Shown here piece by piece: positions 61,546 through 64,000 of a DNA stretch of 64,000 bases. Each line of letters begins with the position of its first letter. Positions within the stretch are counted from its first letter, which is position 1. The notes under the pieces are model-generated. The model made no database searches. It saw only the letters and a list, made by a program, of their open reading frames with translations, and was not told the DNA's origin. The stretch lies in NCBI GenBank assembly GCA_030141605.1, contig JAQGDQ010000068.1:434001-498000 (forward strand). The letters are read 5' to 3'. The DNA comes from Tubiluchus corallicola (lineage: Eukaryota; Animalia; Priapulida). The position numbers and the translations under genes were made by a program.

Positions 61546-64000
61546 TTTCATTTTCTGTAGATAAATTCCCTGCAGAAGAACGCATGCAGTTTTGCAAATA
61601 TCCACCACGGTGCCACAAGCAATTCGATTTGAAGCAGCTGCGTACGATCAAAATCAAAACTGTAATACATGTAGATAAGCGACATTCCTGGCGATTCTTT
61701 ACGGTAACTGTTATAAAATTAGAATAGTGACTTTATTTTTGAAGGCGTTAACAGCACACAAAAAATGCATGTACTAACAAAAATTACAAGTGAATCTTAA
61801 GGCATTATAATTATAAATGACGTCATTGAATTTGGACTATAATTCATGCAATACCTAAAAATCTAACTTTGTTGATTACACTTATCCCTCACCAAACAGG
61901 CCTATAAGACTTACTACACGATGATATGGGTTACGTTTTGGGACGCGTCCAACAAAAGGAGCTGCGACGAGTTGATTGGGGGTTCCACTTTGGGCAATTC
62001 TAGCTTAGAAGCTACAGTGACGTTGCATTGTCTGACATCATTTTATTGTACTCTGCCCATAAATTTGCTGAAGTCAAAGCTGCTACTGGCTTTGCATTAT
62101 AAATGAGGACTATGTAGGATGTTCGCGTGTTATTGATTATAAGTGTATTTATATGCAAAATTTTTTGTGGGGCCCTTGCTAGTATAGATATTGTAACGTT
62201 GGGTGGATAGTGCTGATACACTTGTCAGGCGTACTTGTGAGGAAACCGCAAAAAAGCTGTAATAAAAGTAAAATTACTCGCCAGATATCTACTCCATTGT
62301 GCTCCATGCCTATTGTCATTACGGAGCAGTTGCTGAGGTGGAAAACGCACCTGCCCGTCAGCTAACTGAACCAACGAGGCCATTCCATACCATACTACTA
62401 CTAGCTGCTATGCAATTGCTTCGTAATGAATCGAACCACCACAATGTAGAGGGGTGAGGCGAAAATAAAAGGTATTTCGCCCTTATAACAATATAATTGT
62501 ATATATTACCGAAATTAATGTAGCTTCGTATCTGCCATAGATGCATAGCGCTGTATAGTAGAGCTGTACAGAAGAAGAAGAAATATCCGCGACGATTACT
62601 AGTTTAAGTGAATATGCAGACATGAAAATTTTGTAACGTGGAGAGTTTTAAATTTGCCCCTCTAATGCTCAATTTGGGAATATTTGAAGGCCAGTGGTAT
62701 AGAATTTTTTAGATAAAACAAATCCTATATTATTCTTGATTGCGGCGTCGTATTAAACAGACGCCCTTTTCACAAACTCCGTCGGTGTGCCAAGTTTCAT
62801 CTCTGTAGGCGTGTATTAGCCGAGACGTGTATACGCAAACACGCACGCACGCACAGACCTCTCAACGTACGTATTGTAATAGTTAAATAATATGATAACG
62901 ATAATTATAATATACAGTCTTTATGATACTTGGGTAGGGTAGACGCTTAGACGCAGATCGACATGGCACCTTAAAGCAGTAAAAATATATTCAACTTTCA
63001 GTATAAAGAATTACAGCTTTACAAGTCAATGTATGTATAGAGTTTTATTATTCATCTTTTTCAATAAATTGTTTTCAGGCATATCATCGATCACCGCTTT
63101 AAGTTTGTAAAGCACAGTGGCGGTTATATTATAAAGAATAATCTTCTTTTCTCATAATTAATGGATGATGCAGTAACCTACCCGAGCTTTCAAGCTTTAC
63201 CCGTTTCGCATTGTCTTCGCCTTTGAAATGTAATCTTACTATTCAAGCACAGATTTAAGAATTAAAATGGTAAACTTGTAAACTGTTTTCCAGTGTTTGG
63301 CTCAAAAATGAATTCACATTAGGCCCGTGTCATACAGAGAAAGCCTGCGGATACAAACCATAATCTGTGATGATAATCCGTAATCTATAAAAGGTGTCTT
63401 CCATCTTTTTATAAGGTGTTTGACATAATCCTCGGTATGCTCCTTACTGTGTGTAAACAGTAAGGCGTTTTGTCATACTCCGTTTCGGCGACATGCGTGA
63501 ATGAATAATTTCTTACTGTAATTCGTTAATTTACCTGATTCAAAATGAGCCAACCAAAAGATCCCGTTACTTTACTTTACACAATTCCAATTTTCATTCA
63601 TACATATTTAAGTAAATTTGCTCATTACAGAATAACTGATTTCTTTAAAAAGGGTTTCATTATGCAAATCACAATAATCTGCACGTATCTAATTGCAGTA
63701 TTAGCGAAACGTGGTTTTTAAAAATTGCTTTTTAATGTTCATTAGACCATTCTGTTATGAATTCTTATGATATAAATGAACTATGCACTGTAAAACCCAC
63801 AAATAAACTAATTATCGCCTTAGCGATCACCAAAAACACCTTATGGCAAACGAAATTAATGGCCAAACTCATTTCGCTATAAGGCGCCTTTGCGAACTTT
63901 CTAATTTAGTGTTGCTTTAGTGCGTTCATTGTGCTTGATATCGTATTATGTCTTGATGCAGTGTGGACTGTGATTCACTGTTAACAGATCTTGGTTTAAA

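Noticed and set aside
63366-63540. Box C-like GTGATGA and a CCTTACTGT/ACAGTAAGG hairpin as a possible snoRNA
   Set aside because: No box D at a suitable distance and no terminal stem.

Overview
AT-rich, microsatellite-rich animal (invertebrate-like) genomic DNA with spliceosomal GT-AG introns; the species cannot be assigned from the sequence. The first ~26 kb has no host gene I can support, only non-LTR retrotransposon copies/relics (RTE, CR1-like), MITE-like elements and simple repeats. Next come two tandem acetoacetyl-CoA synthetase (AACS) paralogues with uninterrupted ORFs on the minus strand, one of which ends in a peroxisomal signal (-SKL). A very compact plus-strand trio BBIP1 - PMVK - SFR1 follows (41.3-44.4 kb); it looks operon-like, and a single GT-AG intron would fuse PMVK in frame to SFR1. 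Converging on it is a 5-exon MRPS18C gene whose second intron holds a full-length, young Gmr1-like Ty3/Gypsy LTR retrotransposon (integrase before RT, ~99% identical LTRs, CTAAA TSD, one frameshift in RNase H). Gene identities come from motif recognition against remembered homologues, and exon models from manual splice-phase checks; no database search was run.
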